A stretch of DNA of 64,000 nt from Azolla caroliniana (lineage: Eukaryota; Plantae; Polypodiophyta): the NCBI GenBank assembly GCA_043228905.1, contig JBHGNT010000011.1:18910001-18974000 (forward strand), in the 5' to 3' direction. The notes beneath the pieces are model-generated. The model saw only the letters and a list, made by a program, of their open reading frames with translations. It did not search any database and had not been told where the DNA came from. Within the stretch, counting starts at the first letter, position 1. Each line of letters starts with the position of its first letter. Made by a program: the position numbers and the translations under genes. Positions 14,340-28,139 of the stretch are shown here, piece after piece.

Positions 14340-15900
14340 TCCTTACTACTTAGTAGCTATAGAACTATCATGGTTGGGCACACTTTGGCCAAAATATAGG
14401 GATCTATATTGGAGCATGACTTGACTAAATGGTCTAATGGATGGTATCCATAGGACAAATAAGATCTAGAAAAGGTCACATCAACGTTTATGATTATCTT
14501 CATATTAAGTAAAATTATAGAGAACATTTGGGCAAAAAAGAAAACCATATATATAGTTTTGCTTCCTAGACTTTTGTAAAGCATTTGACATGGTGCTAGG
14601 GAATAGACAAATGAAGCGATTCACGGGAAAATACAAGAACAATATATGCTTTATATAATACTATCACGGAAAATACAAGAACAATATATACTTTATATAA
14701 TACTATCACGGGAAAATACAAGAACTAAGAAAAACATGAAATATTATATGGAGAAACATTAGAGTGAAGCTAGGGTGTTGACTATTGGTCAACATATATG
14801 GTGTTTACATAGACAAGCTTTCTGAATATATCAAAAAAGGGGGGGTTGGGGCTAGTTTAGTGGGAGTGATGATATTCACATTGCTCAAGTCTAAACAATT
14901 TATTTTAGAAAGCATCTACATACATTATGTGCCTTTTGCAAAGATATAGATCTCATAATGAATCTTGGGAAAACTAACTTGATTGCATTTAGCACCTTGT
15001 GACTTGGGTGATCAAGTTTGAGAAGTAATTTACTTTTGGAGTTGCAGCCATGGATTGATAATATGTCTACTTCAGGGGTCACTCTCAAAAGGACACTTCT
15101 CTTGGCGAGAGACATTAGAAGCTTGGTTGACAAGAACATATGAAACCCTTAGGACATTGAAGTCACGATGCACACTTGTACAATTTCAAGATCCAAAAAT
15201 GAACCGCCTTTCTATTTGTTGAGTGATTTTGTGCGCACTTGTAGACAATTGATCTTAACTCAGAAAACAATCCACACAAAATAGCATTGCAATAGATGGG
15301 AGCACATGAAAAAACGGTTGACCATGTTGACATAAACTATGAGCAAAGACAATAACACAAGTGAGAGCATCATAGTAGAATTAAGGGTATCACCAATGGT
15401 AGTTAGATGCAGTACGTAGAGCAATGATTTCCATACAATGATTGTGGAAGCCCAACCATAATAAGATCTTATGGTTTTTTCATTGATATGATTGCAATTC
15501 TATGATAGAATGTGAGAGTGGCATAGAATTAAAGAACATTACATTTCTAGACATGTTGTATATTATTATATCCAAGGTAGATACCATTGGGTTTTCTAAG
15601 AGCGGTTTACACCATTGCATGTTGTCATGAAATTCAAGGACGAAAACATTTTGGATTTCTATCTCATGAAATTTTGTAGATGTAAGTTAGCCCACACCAC
15701 CTGGAAGAATGCAAAGACCTTAACTTACCTAATCCACATACCACTAGCTCCACGATCCACAAGTCAATTAATTCTACACAGTATGCATGGGAGTACTTGG
15801 GAGAAGTAGACACTCTCTCCACAACACAAATAAGAGCCATCATTTGGAAGCATTAGGCTTGTATGAAGACTCTTGAATTACAAGAGTACCATCGAACGAG
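14340..15900 (+). mobile_element. Highly degenerate non-LTR retrotransposon reverse transcriptase relic
   Basis: DF.KAFDMVLR at ~14569-14600, then YGVYIDKLSEYI and GVGASLVGVMIFTLL-like segments, with many stops and frameshifts. Internal ~42-bp tandem repeat at ~14620-14725. Boundaries are approximate. Confidence 0.55.
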
Positions 15901-16031
15901 GTGTCTAATGGAGCTTTGGAATGAGTCGATATGACCAAATTTATCTTCTCAAATTTTGTCTCTATTTAACATTTTTAAATTTTTGTTATGGTATCACCAA
16001 TAATGATAGATGTATGTATGTATGTATACAT

Positions 16032-16998
16032 ATACATACATACAATAACATTAGCCGCTTTTTCATAAGGGTAATATGTAGATGTATGTGTGATATGAAA
16101 AAGATACTTGTTATCCCTTTAATAGTGAGAATCTTATAGCAAGGTAAACCATTCTATGGAAACGAATCATAAAATTATTAATTCCAGTATACCCTACAAC
16201 AGTGTATACCCGGGGTGCAATATTATGGGCGGTGATACATGATAAACCTATGGTATATGTACAGGAGGAGGTTGTTGATGATATTGTGATGAGACATGGT
16301 TTGATGGAAAATAATTTGATCCCTCTTAATCCCTCTTAAACCTCAAATATGGCAATTGGTAAGTAGTAATACAATTTGGTATATTTGGAAGGCTTGATGT
16401 TTGAAGGTATTTCAAAATGTGACTAAAAGACCTACCCAAATAAATTTGGGAATTTGGATAAGATTGTGCATAATCTCATAGGGTTGTTGGATAGTCTAAA
16501 AGGTAATACGCATCAAGCGGAGCGTAAGCGTTTGGAGTTTCATGCCATTTGGGACATAGGTATATTTTATAGATGGCATTTTCATAAGGTGGAGTGGTTT
16601 TACTCAACACCGCAGTATTTATTTAAGCTGATGGTTAGAATTGAGAAAAACATAGGGGATCGGTGGTATATCTTGTATGTTTAGCCTTAAGGCGTTTTCT
16701 AATACTAATGTAGTATCTTTTTTGGAAAAAAAAGGTAAACCATTCTATGATATTGTGGCACTAGATGAGATAAGCGCAATTAATAAGGTGTCCTTGAACA
16801 GATTGTGATACATACATACAATAACATTTGCATCTTTTTCATAAGAGTAATATGTAAATGTATGTGTTATACAAAAAAGATATGTGTTATCCCTTTAATA
16901 GTGAGAATCTTATATAGCAAGATAAACCATTCTATGATATTGTAGCACTAGATGAGATAAAGGCAATTAGTAAGGTGTCTTTGAACAAATTGTGATAC
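16032..16998. repeat. ~190-bp tandem duplication; the first copy is interrupted by the LINE
   Basis: 16032-16158 plus 16750-16810 aligns with the uninterrupted 16808-16998 (catacatacaataacatt...atccctttaatagtgagaatctta...aaaccattctatgatattgt.gcactagatgagataa...ttgaaca.attgtgatac). Confidence 0.85.
16159..16731 (+). mobile_element. 5'-truncated L1-type LINE with A-tail and 18-bp target-site duplication
   Basis: aaggtaaaccattctatg at 16141-16158 and 16732-16749. Internal IWYIWKA*CLKVF. 3' end ctaatactaatgtagtatctttttttgg followed by an A-run. Confidence 0.8.
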
Positions 16999-17380
16999 TC
17001 CTTTGAGTCAATCAAACAAGAATCATTTCTCATACTCCAATTGTACCATAGACCCAATATCCAAGCTAGCGAAACAATATGTCACATCACGGAAAGTAAA
17101 GCTCTAGCATCCCAAATAAAACCCATTGAAAAGATAAAATTTTATCCTAGTCAACCATGTGATAAGTTGTGACATAAAACCTTGCCAGTATGCCAAAATA
17201 CTCGAGTTTGGTCAACAACAAAAAATTGCATTTAATGTTGCAAATGGGTTAAAACTTAACGAACTAAGGCTAACAACTTATTGAATTTTAGGGAGCCTAG
17301 TTTTAAGGGTCTATGATAATCTCTTCTCTGTTGTGTACTGTATTAACCATTTTCCTACACATTTCTTCTTCGTCTTTATC

Positions 17381-17610
17381 CAAAAAAAAGATACTACATT
17401 AGTATTAAGAGACGCCCTAAGGCTATACATACAAGATGTACCTTTCAGTAATGAGCCCCTTTTAGATTGTGCATAATCTCATAAGTTCTTTGGATAACAT
17501 AAAAGGTAATACACATCATGCGGAGCTCAAATGATTGGACTTTCATGCCATCTAGACAGAGGCATACTTTATAGACGAAATTCTAATAAGGTGGAGTGGT
17601 TCAACTATAC
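17381..17610 (-). mobile_element. Short LINE copy of the same family as 16159-16731, with an internal inversion
   Basis: 17382-17442 is the reverse complement of ~16663-16724. 17464-17600 is a direct match to ~16461-16599. Confidence 0.7.
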
Positions 17611-20600
17611 ACTTCTTTTTTCGTATAATAGTTACCAATTAATCAAATCTATGGAGATATTTCACTTGCTATTCATCAAGAGGCAAAGATGAAGAAACTT
17701 GAGAAGAGGCATGACAATTAAATAAGGAGTGCTCCTTGAAAATAGTGTAAATTTGAGAAGAGGCATTGGAAGTGAGAATCCAACAAGGTGAGGCTATTAT
17801 TGTTAATAATGTTGAAAGGATGTTCATTGTGTAAAATTGGGACACTAATTAGGCCTTGGAAAAAATATCATGTCATTCATAGTGTCTTGCTTAGTTCCTT
17901 TTTGAGCAAAATTGTTTAGGGAGTCTTTTCTTATTGTGCATTTCTCACATTTCGTGTTTCTAAAGATGTAGGAAATTTATGATAGTGACAACATTGAAGA
18001 TGTTGACTAAGAAGAACGGATCCACCAAGGTCTCGACTCTCTACATTGACAGACCAAATGCAAATCAAGATAGAACAACAAAGGGGAAGGAGGATAATGA
18101 TAGTTCATCAACAAATAATGATGAACAATAACAACTTGACGTATATACATTGTAAATTTGTATAATTGTGTAAAACATCATTGTTTAATTTTCACCAAAG
18201 AGATATTGAATGTTGAAGATCGAGTGAGAGAGCGCAATCACCGTAGACCAAGTGAGGGAAGGAAAGAGCACACAACAATGGGAGACCAAATGAAGAGTTG
18301 AGAGAGCGAGAGTGGTGGAGAACAAAGGACAAGTGAAAGGATGAGGATTATGATAAAAAGGTGTGTGCATAATTTATTTTACATGTTGCAAGGTGACCTT
18401 TACCATTATGCATAACATGTGATGTTTACCATCACGTTTTTGTGTTTCATATGTTGTACTAATAGTTATCCTCGATATCTCACTGTGTGTAGCTTGACCT
18501 GGTGCATTAGTTTTTGCTTTGAATTCTGTTGAGATTTTCACTAACAGTGCAAAGTTGCTCCTTACCTTTTGCCACTTGTGTCTACTAATAAACGGACCTA
18601 TATGGAATTGTATGACTAAGGTTTTTCTTTTATAGTTTTATTTGACATGTTTTTATAATTTTGGTTGCTTTGATAATGCTAGCTTTTGTACTTCACATTA
18701 ATGTTAACCTTGTAATTTGGAACTTAAAAAAGGAGGAAGATAGATCAATAGGTATCCCTTTAACGTCCTAGGGAAACTAATTCCAATCTAGAGAGACCGG
18801 TTGCCCATAAGACTAATTCTTCACTCACATTGATGTATGGATCAACATTCATATTCCTTAAATCCCATGTAAACTTAACAAATGTGTTTTTCTAGCTTTG
18901 ACACACAATAGCTTTGACTCACAATAACACACACAAAATGGGTATACTTATTGTCTAAACGTTGCTTTTAGAATAACACCTATATTACAATACTCTTTAC
19001 TTAATTGTACTACTCCTAATATCGCCTGAGTGTAACTATTTTAAATCTAAATGGATAGGTTATGAAAATAAAGAAAGGGAAACACAAAGAAAACAAAGAA
19101 AACTAATTTTCAAATGAATAGTAGATCTTGATTGAGGATCTAAGCAAATGTAAAAAGAAAAAGAAAAATCTCTAATTCAATAACGTTTCACGTTCTTTGT
19201 TGGGATATATCGAAGGCCGTATATGAGGTAAGTGACAAAGTGTCATGATTCGTAAAAATTAGATGGGAGTCAAGTACCAATAAATAGAAGCATAAAGAGA
19301 TTGGACAACATATTTAGCTCATACATTTCAAAAGTGATGATGAGTTGTAATGAACAAAGTGAATCCTTGTATTTTGTAGCCAAAATCATAGTTATGGAAA
19401 AAAACAATCTTGTTCATCATTCATGTAGCCATCCTAACTCATTAATAATGTATATGCGTGAATTGACCAAGCGTGTACATTTTTCTAGGATTGTGTTGGT
19501 TTTACATTTTGTACCATGAAATTGAAAGGAAACCAACTGTAGTAATCAAAAGGATTTGTGTATATATGCATCTCAAACGTTAAATGCATCAAGAAGAAGA
19601 AAGGTCAAGAGACATTGACGTAGTACATAACAACTAGGAGTGAACATTGTGATATAATAGGACTCAAGATAGTTAACAAGGAATTATATATTAATCCAAC
19701 TTGTTCAAACTCATACCAAACTATCAACAAAGATCCAACTTCTTGTAACACTTATATAAGTGATGCTCAACATGAAATACATGAAGCATTAAGATTGTGA
19801 TCTATGTTTGAAAAAGCATTCTCACCAAAAGGTTAACCCGTTCTGCATAATCTCAACAAATGTTAAAGTGGATAAAGTCTCAAAAAAATGTAAACAAAAT
19901 TGGAGTTCTTTTCTTGTATAAGTATGTAAAGTTGTAGATCTCAAAATAATGATTTGCAAATTGTGCAAAATCAAATTATCATAGAACAACGTTTATCTCT
20001 AGCATTGATTGAGGTTATATCAACTTGATGGAACAATTGGTTATGGTGCATCGTTGATAGAGTATGTAAATTGTCATTGCGAAGAATGGAAGTGGGCATG
20101 CAATGGAAAGTGTCAAAGCTTTGTGGGTCTAATTGGAGTGTACCATTCCAACAAAGCTAGGTTCATCCCCTAGATGTGGATGGATGGGAGTGTACATAAC
20201 TTACGGGCAAGGTCTCTCCCCCTAGGTTGCCAATATTGCAGACTTCACCCTTCAAACAAGGCATGCGGGTAATGCATAATTGCAACAAGTGAATAATTGA
20301 AGGGGTCGTGTGAAGACCAATCTAGAGACACAAAGTTGTGTTTGCAGAGAGTGATATTACCAGTGACAACATATTTGAAGTGTGAATGAAGGTATTGTGC
20401 GACATGTCGGAATCATGCATGCGTGTAAGCAATGAAAGAAAAAGATGAAAAGAGGGTAAAAGTGGGCTCAACAAGGGCAATGATAGATGGGTAACATAAC
20501 TTGGGGGCGAAGACATAGAAAACAATAATAGAATTAAGGTGCGTAGATAACAAAGAAATTTCAATAATGTCTACTAAAAAAGTTTTGTATGAACCGTTAT

Positions 20601-20964
20601 ATTTTAGTATGTTGGGTGAACATGACTTTATACACAAGGCAACATTAATTATTGTAGTTTTATAAAATTATCAATGATTCTTTAAGAAAAGCACCCTATC
20701 ACCTAATTATATCACTTACGGCATACGCTTCCTTTCTTATTATGTTAATGTTGAAAATGCAACCAAGTCGTTGAATCATTTACAACATTGTTACATTATT
20801 TATCCACAACATTAGGATTAGTTATCCTTAGAAGACATTGTCTATCATTGAAAACAATAATTTGATCCATTTGTTGTACCTGCTATAATTTATGCATGAT
20901 AATTTTGGGATCAAGATGTATGCGTGTGTATCCACACCATAAAGTTCATCTCAATGTGGTTGGT

Positions 20965-21255
20965 TTTCAATGAAGGCATGGTAGAGGATGAATGTCACTT
21001 GCTCTTTTCATGCTCGACATATAGTGCAATTCGTTCAAGATATGCTAACATATTAAGAGGGAGTGATAACTTAAGTGCCATACTTAAGACGCCACCTAGA
21101 AGGTTGTGCTCTTATGTGTATGCTTCGTTCACACATAGAGACTTTGTGCTTCAATGTATGAATACCCCTTCTTAGGAAGGAGACACATATCAAGAACACA
21201 TGTATACTCTGGTCCCATAGGTCAAATTTGGCCTCTTTATGGGTGATAAAAACTC
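20965..21255 (+). mobile_element. Non-LTR retrotransposon 3'-end fragment
   Basis: VEDECHLLFSCSTYSAIRSRY matches the C-terminal E..H....C..Y...R zinc-knuckle region. It is followed by a 3' stem-loop similar to the one at ~34247-34272. Confidence 0.65.
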
Positions 21256-23529
21256 TAATTCCAATTCCGACAAACTAATATATCTAAGTTGGCAAAAGAA
21301 CTTAACATAAATCCTCCTTGATTTTGGGTGGATAATATTTTTTGGTCATCATTGCTTGTTATGCAAGCTAGCCTTACAAATGTATTTTCACACGAGACAT
21401 ACATGTAAAGGTCATGATAGAGTTGAGTTTCTCCAAAGTAGTTTTGACTCACTTTAACTTGATATGGAATTTTTGTAGTAGTTGGAAAGGTTGGATGGTT
21501 GGTATTCCCAAAGCATTGTGAAAGAATTTCGATGTCATAATATAATACAATATATTATAAAACATATAACCTATAAACGATTGACTAAATGCAACATTTG
21601 GGTCTATGACTCTAATGACATTCTTTATGTAGGCCCTTTGAATCTAAAATTCACATGCTTTTGTTGGGGGATGCACACCGACAAGAATAATGTTCATGGG
21701 CCATTGATCAAGTCCTAATGCAAATTTTTTGGTTTTTAAGACCATAATTCATGATAGTATTTTTGTACAAGGATAAGGAGACCTATACACATGTCCATAT
21801 TTGTGTAAATGTTGTTTCTGGTATGAAGGCCACATTGGGAAACACGCACATCATCCCCAACATAACCACAAGTTTTTGATTGATATGGACACTTTGACAC
21901 AATCATCCATAGGCATGGCGTATCTATCCTTACGATGAACTTTAGCGTTTTAGATTGGACTATCAACAACTATTAGCATTTAGTAATGCTAAACGTCAAA
22001 CAAACAAATGCACATCTAACATTGCGATGGGGTCAAAAAAACAATACTGGTTGTGTTAGCATTGAGATACATCCTACACATTCAACTAGTGTTACCTTCA
22101 TGATCTACCCAGGAACTATATTAGGTATTAAACAAGAAGGTAGGCTATGGGATGGATCTTCAAACAATGCAATGGACAATGAAGACAAACCTCCCTATCA
22201 ATGCCACATCAAGGTGGATGATAAGGTCTTGCTTGACCATGTCACATTACTAGAGTAATCTAACTATATAAGCTTGAAATGGCTCATTAGGCAACACGTG
22301 AGCTTGTTATATAACATGTTAAGCTTGAAACGGGGTCTTCAATCATTTGTTGAGCTTGATGTGGAACGTCACTTATATACATGATGTTGCATGCGAAAGG
22401 TTTTTAATATGTTGATTCACAAGAAAATTTGTTAAGCTTTAAAATGTGGGCTCTAAAACACATTCGTGGAATTTCAAGGTGGGACCTTGACATGGCTTGT
22501 TAGGCAACATGTGAGCCTTCACCCATTCACATCAAGCTTCTTGGTTCCCTATATATTGATTGACCTTTAGTGCAAGCTTTGACATTTATGTTGCTTCCAT
22601 ACTATAATCACTCCTTTGTCTTGTCCCAATACAAGTTAATGAGTTGGTGAATGATTAGGATATAATATCTTCAAGTATTCAAATAAGTGTCAATGTAAGT
22701 TTGACAACGTTAGGTTGTAAGGTATGGGCATCAAGCTATTGATTGTGCTTGCCTATTTAATATCTAGTGTGGCAAGTTGAAGAAGACACTAGGCATAAAG
22801 GAGTCAATGTGTGGAAAAGTTGAACCTAAGGACGATAGAGGAGTTTTAGGAGATCATGCGATATAAACAAAAGGGGTTTACATAATATCTAGGTTCAATA
22901 TATGCTCTAATTATATGTGGAAATGAGCTAAGTGAAGCTTGCCCTTGATGCGTAGATAAGGACAAATGAGAGTACTAGACAATCTCTCTAGTATTGACCT
23001 CCGTCAAATTTGAGGTATTTAATATTGATATGATCCACTAATAAGGTGAGCTAAGAAGCTTAGAGCTCCAACTTCAGAGGAGCTTGTCAGAATGACATGT
23101 TGATGTGTGTTGGTAAGAACATGAGATAGAGGTGAGATTAAACACGTCGAGATGTTTTGAACATCTATCTTGTCAAGGAATAGAGTCAATGTCAAGTCAT
23201 CTCAAAATGTCTTGAGGTAATCATAATTGTTAACTGTTGTGAGAAGATAAGTCGTTAAAACAAACATCAATTTGAAAAAACAAAAAATAATTCGAAGGAA
23301 AGATTTAAGAAAAGTGCAAATAGAATGGAAACAATGAAACCTTATCACCTTTATTTTATTTTATTTATGTTCATGGCCCAATATCACATGGAAGAAAAAC
23401 AAGAACGCAACCATTACTATATATACATTCCATACTAAAATCCTAGTCATGAATAACCTCAAATTATACCGCTTGATTTTCAGAAATGAGGGGAATAACC
23501 ATGTTCTAGATTGAACTAATGATGAGCAA

Positions 23530-23860
23530 AAGGATAAGAGAGTAAGGAGAAGAATAGGTTAAGGGCGCTTAACCATACCGACCACCCCCGAGGAAAGGCC
23601 CGTACCAACAAATATTACCTCATGCTATACCTTTGTTGTTTGAATCCAAAGAGAAGAGCTTAGAATCACCAATAGAGTCTTGACAACGTCTTAAGTTACC
23701 ATACTAAAGTGGTTCGCTGGTCCCCTTTATATAACTCAACACCTAAGGTTCTCGGACCACCACGTGTCATAGGTCCTTATGGGTTTGTTTAGGTTCCTAG
23801 GATAACCAATTTGTCCTACCCTAAACCCATTACACTTACCTATATAATTGGTGTCTAAGA
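23530..23860. mobile_element. Dispersed repeat (solo-LTR/TRIM/MITE-like), copy 1
   Basis: Colinear with ~58140-58500: taaccataccgaccacccccgag / taaccacaccaaccaccctcgag; tccaaagagaagagcttag / tccaaagaaaagagcttag; tttatataactcaacacctaaggttc / tttatatagcccaacacctaaggttc. Confidence 0.6.
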
Positions 23861-24358
23861 TAACAAGCCATTAAAATTAATTATAGAATTAGAAATGTAA
23901 TATAATGATTAGCGAAAGAGTATATTTGCCTAATCATTAAATTTTTAGTTGATGAGAGAGCCCAAGCCTACTCACTTACTCAAATGAGGAACTTGAATAT
24001 GGTTGGGACTCGGAAGTCTGATCGTGCCTACCAAGCATAAATATGTAAAATTTGAAAAGAAGCAAGCATTACCTTTTCCTTTTCCTTTTACTCCCCACTC
24101 CCCCTCCCAATAAGTGTAAACATGTAAATTGCAAGTTCCTTCCATATATATATATATATATATATAGATTGATTGATTTATGAAGATTTTGTTATGAGAG
24201 AAAGACATATGGCTTACATATGAAGCCATCTTTCTCTCCTTCTTCATCTTTAGCTTTCCTCCAAGTTCTTCTCTCATCAGCCTAATTGGGAACCCTAATC
24301 TTGAGGCAAAACAAAACTGGAAATAAGAAGGGAGAAATAAAGGAAACCCTAATTGCAC

Positions 24359-25588
24359 ATGTCGCTACCGTATTCCGGGGGCGTGTCAGGGTTCCTACCG
24401 CCCGGGTTCCGCTTCCACCCGACCGACGAAGAATTGGTGTCCTTCTACCTACACCGCCAAGTGTCAGGGAAACACATCGAATCGAATGTGATCGCGGAGA
24501 TCGACCTCTACAAACACGATCCATGGGACCTCCCTCGTCTCTCGTGCCTCCCCACCAAAGACATGGAATGGTACTTCTTCAACCCCCCGGACAAGAAATA
24601 TCCGAGGGGGTCTCGCACCAACCGTGCCACTCGATCCGGTTACTGGAAGGCAACGGGCCGTGACCGCCGGATCTTCGCGAGCACTTCACCTAATCCGGTA
24701 GCCCGACCCAAGGCGGTGCATAAAGTAAAAATTGGTGAAGTATCATCTTTGACATGTAAGGATGGGGCTCATGATCATTCCATGGATTCTAGATGTAAGG
24801 AGCTTGATTATAATGATGAAAGATTGTCCATGGACCCTATCAAGGGTATCGAGAGCTCCGGCGATTTGATGACTAGTAGTAGTAGTAGTAGTAGTACGAA
24901 ACTCATCGGGCTTAAGAAAACACTGGTCTTCTATAGAGGGCGGGCACCGAATGGCGAGAGAACGGATTGGGTTATGCATGAATACCATCTTCTTGATCAT
25001 TCTCGGAATACTTCGGTGCCTAACAATTTGTTGCCTAGTGACACGGAACTAGGTGCTGCTTCTGGCTTTTGTTCGAGCATTAGTAATTATGTCGTGAAAG
25101 AACAATATGGTCGGGATTCGCTTGTTTTGTGCCGAGTCGTGAAGAAAAGTGGGCCTGGCCCAAGGTCCCGAACACGTCCGGAATCGATCTGTCATGGGGG
25201 GGCCGTGGTTGGTGGACCCATTCGCACACGCACCCGAAGAAAGATCGTGCGCTCGAGCTCGGGCTCAGGCCAGTCGGCATCGGCATTGGATTATAAATTT
25301 GTGCATGGGCAAGAAAAAGATGTTTTAGAAGAGGAGGAACTAGAAGAACTAGAGGGGGAAGAGGAGGAAGATTTAGAACAAGAAGAAGAATTAGGAGAAG
25401 AAGAAGAAGAAGAAGAAGAAGAAGAAGGAGGAGGAGATGGAGAAATATTGGAAGACAATGCTAATGAAAATGTGCTGAATGACTTTGTCGATTCACTCGA
25501 TATAATGCCGGTTCGAACTGATCTCTCGCTGCGTAGCGAATGCACTGCCTTGCCGAATTGGGGTCATTTCGAAAGTAATTACACATGA
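24359..25588 (+). CDS. NAC (NAM) domain transcription factor, intronless, acidic C-terminal region, ~409 aa
   Basis: First ATG at 24359. NAC subdomain motifs [75 protein letters not shown] and [14 protein letters not shown]. The KKSGPGP motif resembles the ANAC053/078/082-like group. Poly-Glu tract at ~25327-25430. Confidence 0.92.
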   Translation: MSLPYSGGVSGFLPPGFRFHPTDEELVSFYLHRQVSGKHIESNVIAEIDLYKHDPWDLPRLSCLPTKDMEWYFFNPPDKKYPRGSRTNRATRSGYWKATGRDRRIFASTSPNPVARPKAVHKVKIGEVSSLTCKDGAHDHSMDSRCKELDYNDERLSMDPIKGIESSGDLMTSSSSSSSTKLIGLKKTLVFYRGRAPNGERTDWVMHEYHLLDHSRNTSVPNNLLPSDTELGAASGFCSSISNYVVKEQYGRDSLVLCRVVKKSGPGPRSRTRPESICHGGAVVGGPIRTRTRRKIVRSSSGSGQSASALDYKFVHGQEKDVLEEEELEELEGEEEEDLEQEEELGEEEEEEEEEEGGGDGEILEDNANENVLNDFVDSLDIMPVRTDLSLRSECTALPNWGHFESNYT

Positions 25589-26382
25589 CATAGACATACA
25601 TACAATTCTTCAAGCAAGGTAATCACTCAAAATAATTATCCTTGTGTCTTTCTCTTGCCTCAATAAGAAACCATTTTCAAGGGATCATATTCATCACATT
25701 AACTTCCACACACCAATATACCTATTATTAATCGAGAGCACCGGAACGTGTCGGTATTCGTCTCATCCCGACCGACCACCTATACATAATCTGTATAAGC
25801 TCTCATTCCTATACCATGTTCTTTTATTCTTTTGTTCTTTTTTCGAACATTTTGTATTGTTGTATGTACAACCTTAATGCACCACATTTGCTCACTCTCA
25901 ATATGAATATATAATCGATTCTTCTCGACAATATTAGTTAGCTACAAAAAAACAAGGACTTGCTCATTAAAATTTGGACACTTATATAGACTTGGAATTT
26001 TCATAAGATATATCATATATTATATATCATAACCAATTTGGCTAATGACATTGTAATATTTTGATAACTAGAGTATTTGATGACTTGGTTTGTAAAGTTG
26101 TGATTGATTTGTTTATCTGTTTGCTTGGGTATATGGTTTGGTTGAGGTAAATGCGCATAGTTAATCAAGGATGGAGAACCGTGAGGACATATGTATGTGA
26201 TTTCAACTCTACCTTGTTTTTGTTAAGCATGAACATGTGAAAGTGGAAATTCAAATGTTTTCAATTCTCTAAGGTGAGTTTACAAATGAATTGTACATGT
26301 TAAGGCCAAGATTAGCAAACCGCCATACTAACTAACACGCCTTTATTTCCTTGAACGAATACTACCTCACTCGACCCAAAAT

Positions 26383-26580
26383 TAATGACCCTAGATGGGA
26401 TCCAAATCCCATTTAAATAAAAACATATGATATTGTGACTAAGCTTCCCAAACTTAAATGAATTCTATTTAAAATAAAAGCAGATGATATTGAATCAAAG
26501 CTACCCAAACTTAAATGACTCTAGATGGGATCCAAATCCCATTTAAAATTAAAAACATATGATATTATGTTAAAGCTTAG
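26383..26580. repeat. Degenerate tandem repeat (~60-75-bp units)
   Basis: aatgac.ctagatgggatccaaatcccatttaaa occurs twice, and aagct.cccaaacttaaatga occurs twice. Confidence 0.75.
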
Positions 26581-27225
26581 TCGTTAACTTTGTATTTATT
26601 GAGGGTGTGACCTCTTCCACCCAAGTCTCCTTGGTCTCTTTGTGAATTCTTTTTATGTTTTTATCTCCGTTCTAGTTGTTGCCTGTCTTTTCATTTTCTG
26701 AATGATATAAGCTTTGAGATATAATACTTCTTGTTGAGCATTGTTTGCCTTTTGTCTATGTGATGCTTTCAAATTCCTATTCTTTTCTATTTATCATTAG
26801 CATTCTTAAGATTTTTGACTTTATTCATGGTGTTTCTTGACTTGGACAAGGACTTGCTAGTTTTCCCTCATGAGCATGCTTTGGGAAGGGAACATTGTTA
26901 TGTTTATTACTCTCAATGGCATGCCATCCTTTTCTTTTTGCTTTGACATCTTCCATATCAATTATAAAGCCATCAATGCAATGAATCCAATATGTCTTCC
27001 TATTTACACTTTCTGGAGATCAACCCCAATAGGCCCGTAGTCAAACATGTTAATGGTGAGCTAATTGTTAGCATCATTATGTTCCTAATAGTCTAAGAGT
27101 GTTGATTCTGACATATCATTTGTCCATTTAAGATATTCTTAGTTAGTCTACACCTCATTTGCCCACCTTTGATGTCCTTGTCAATCTACACCTCTAGAGT
27201 TTCTAGTGATGTCAACAAATTTGAA

Positions 27226-27470
27226 CACCTTAGCTTACACATGTCACACATGAATGATTAAACTTATCCAACCGTAAAGCAACTTATTCTTGAGGACATG
27301 AAAGAGTAATTCTTGCATATATTATATGTGGTTATAAATAAGAGCATAGTGCAAAGAGAGTCTACGATGCATATCGTACACCTTAGTTTACAAATGTCAC
27401 ACACGAATGATTATCTTATCCAACCATAAAGCAACTTATTGTTGAGGACATGAAAGAGTAATTGTTGCAT
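27226..27470. repeat. ~95-bp direct repeat, two copies ~152 bp apart
   Basis: acaccttag.ttaca.atgtcacaca.gaatgatta...cttatccaacc.taaagcaacttatt.ttgaggacatgaaagagtaatt.ttgcata at 27226 and 27378. Confidence 0.8.
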
Positions 27471-28139
27471 AAAAATCATAATGGTCCTTAAAGGGACACA
27501 TGTAAAGGAAGTTACAAACGCATTGCATGAAATTTTTCTATGATCGATTACACAAAGACTCAACAATGGTAATACAAACATTGCACGACACATTCAAATG
27601 TTGGAAGAACACAAGGGATCAATGGTGTTCTCAAACTTTCAATTGTTGAAACACCTCAAAGATTAATATCACATAGTTAAGCTCTCACTCATGATTGCAT
27701 AATTATTCGATATATGGCTATTGATAATTCTTGATGCTCATACACAATTAGCTCTTCTTATTAGTAGATGATAGGGAAAAGTACAAATGTACTAATCATG
27801 GTCATGGTAAACGATAAAAAAAAAGCCATCCAATTTTTGAAAACAAAGTAAATTGCCATTCCATTTTCAAAACCCCGATTAACACCAAACTTCTTACTTC
27901 TTGCAAAATTGTCCATTCATTAACAAATTATCTTCCTAAAGGATTTGAAGGAACCAACTGTTGCATAAGGGGTTTTAATGTATGCTAATTTGGTATTAAT
28001 TAGTCTTAAAAAAAACCAAACAATGCTCTCACTTGATTTTGATGCGACCAGGGGAAAAGGATGACGTCTCCCTAACTACTTTCCCTATTGAGTTTTCGAG
28101 AGGGGTCAACGAAAACGAAGGGCATGCCAAGAAATGAGC

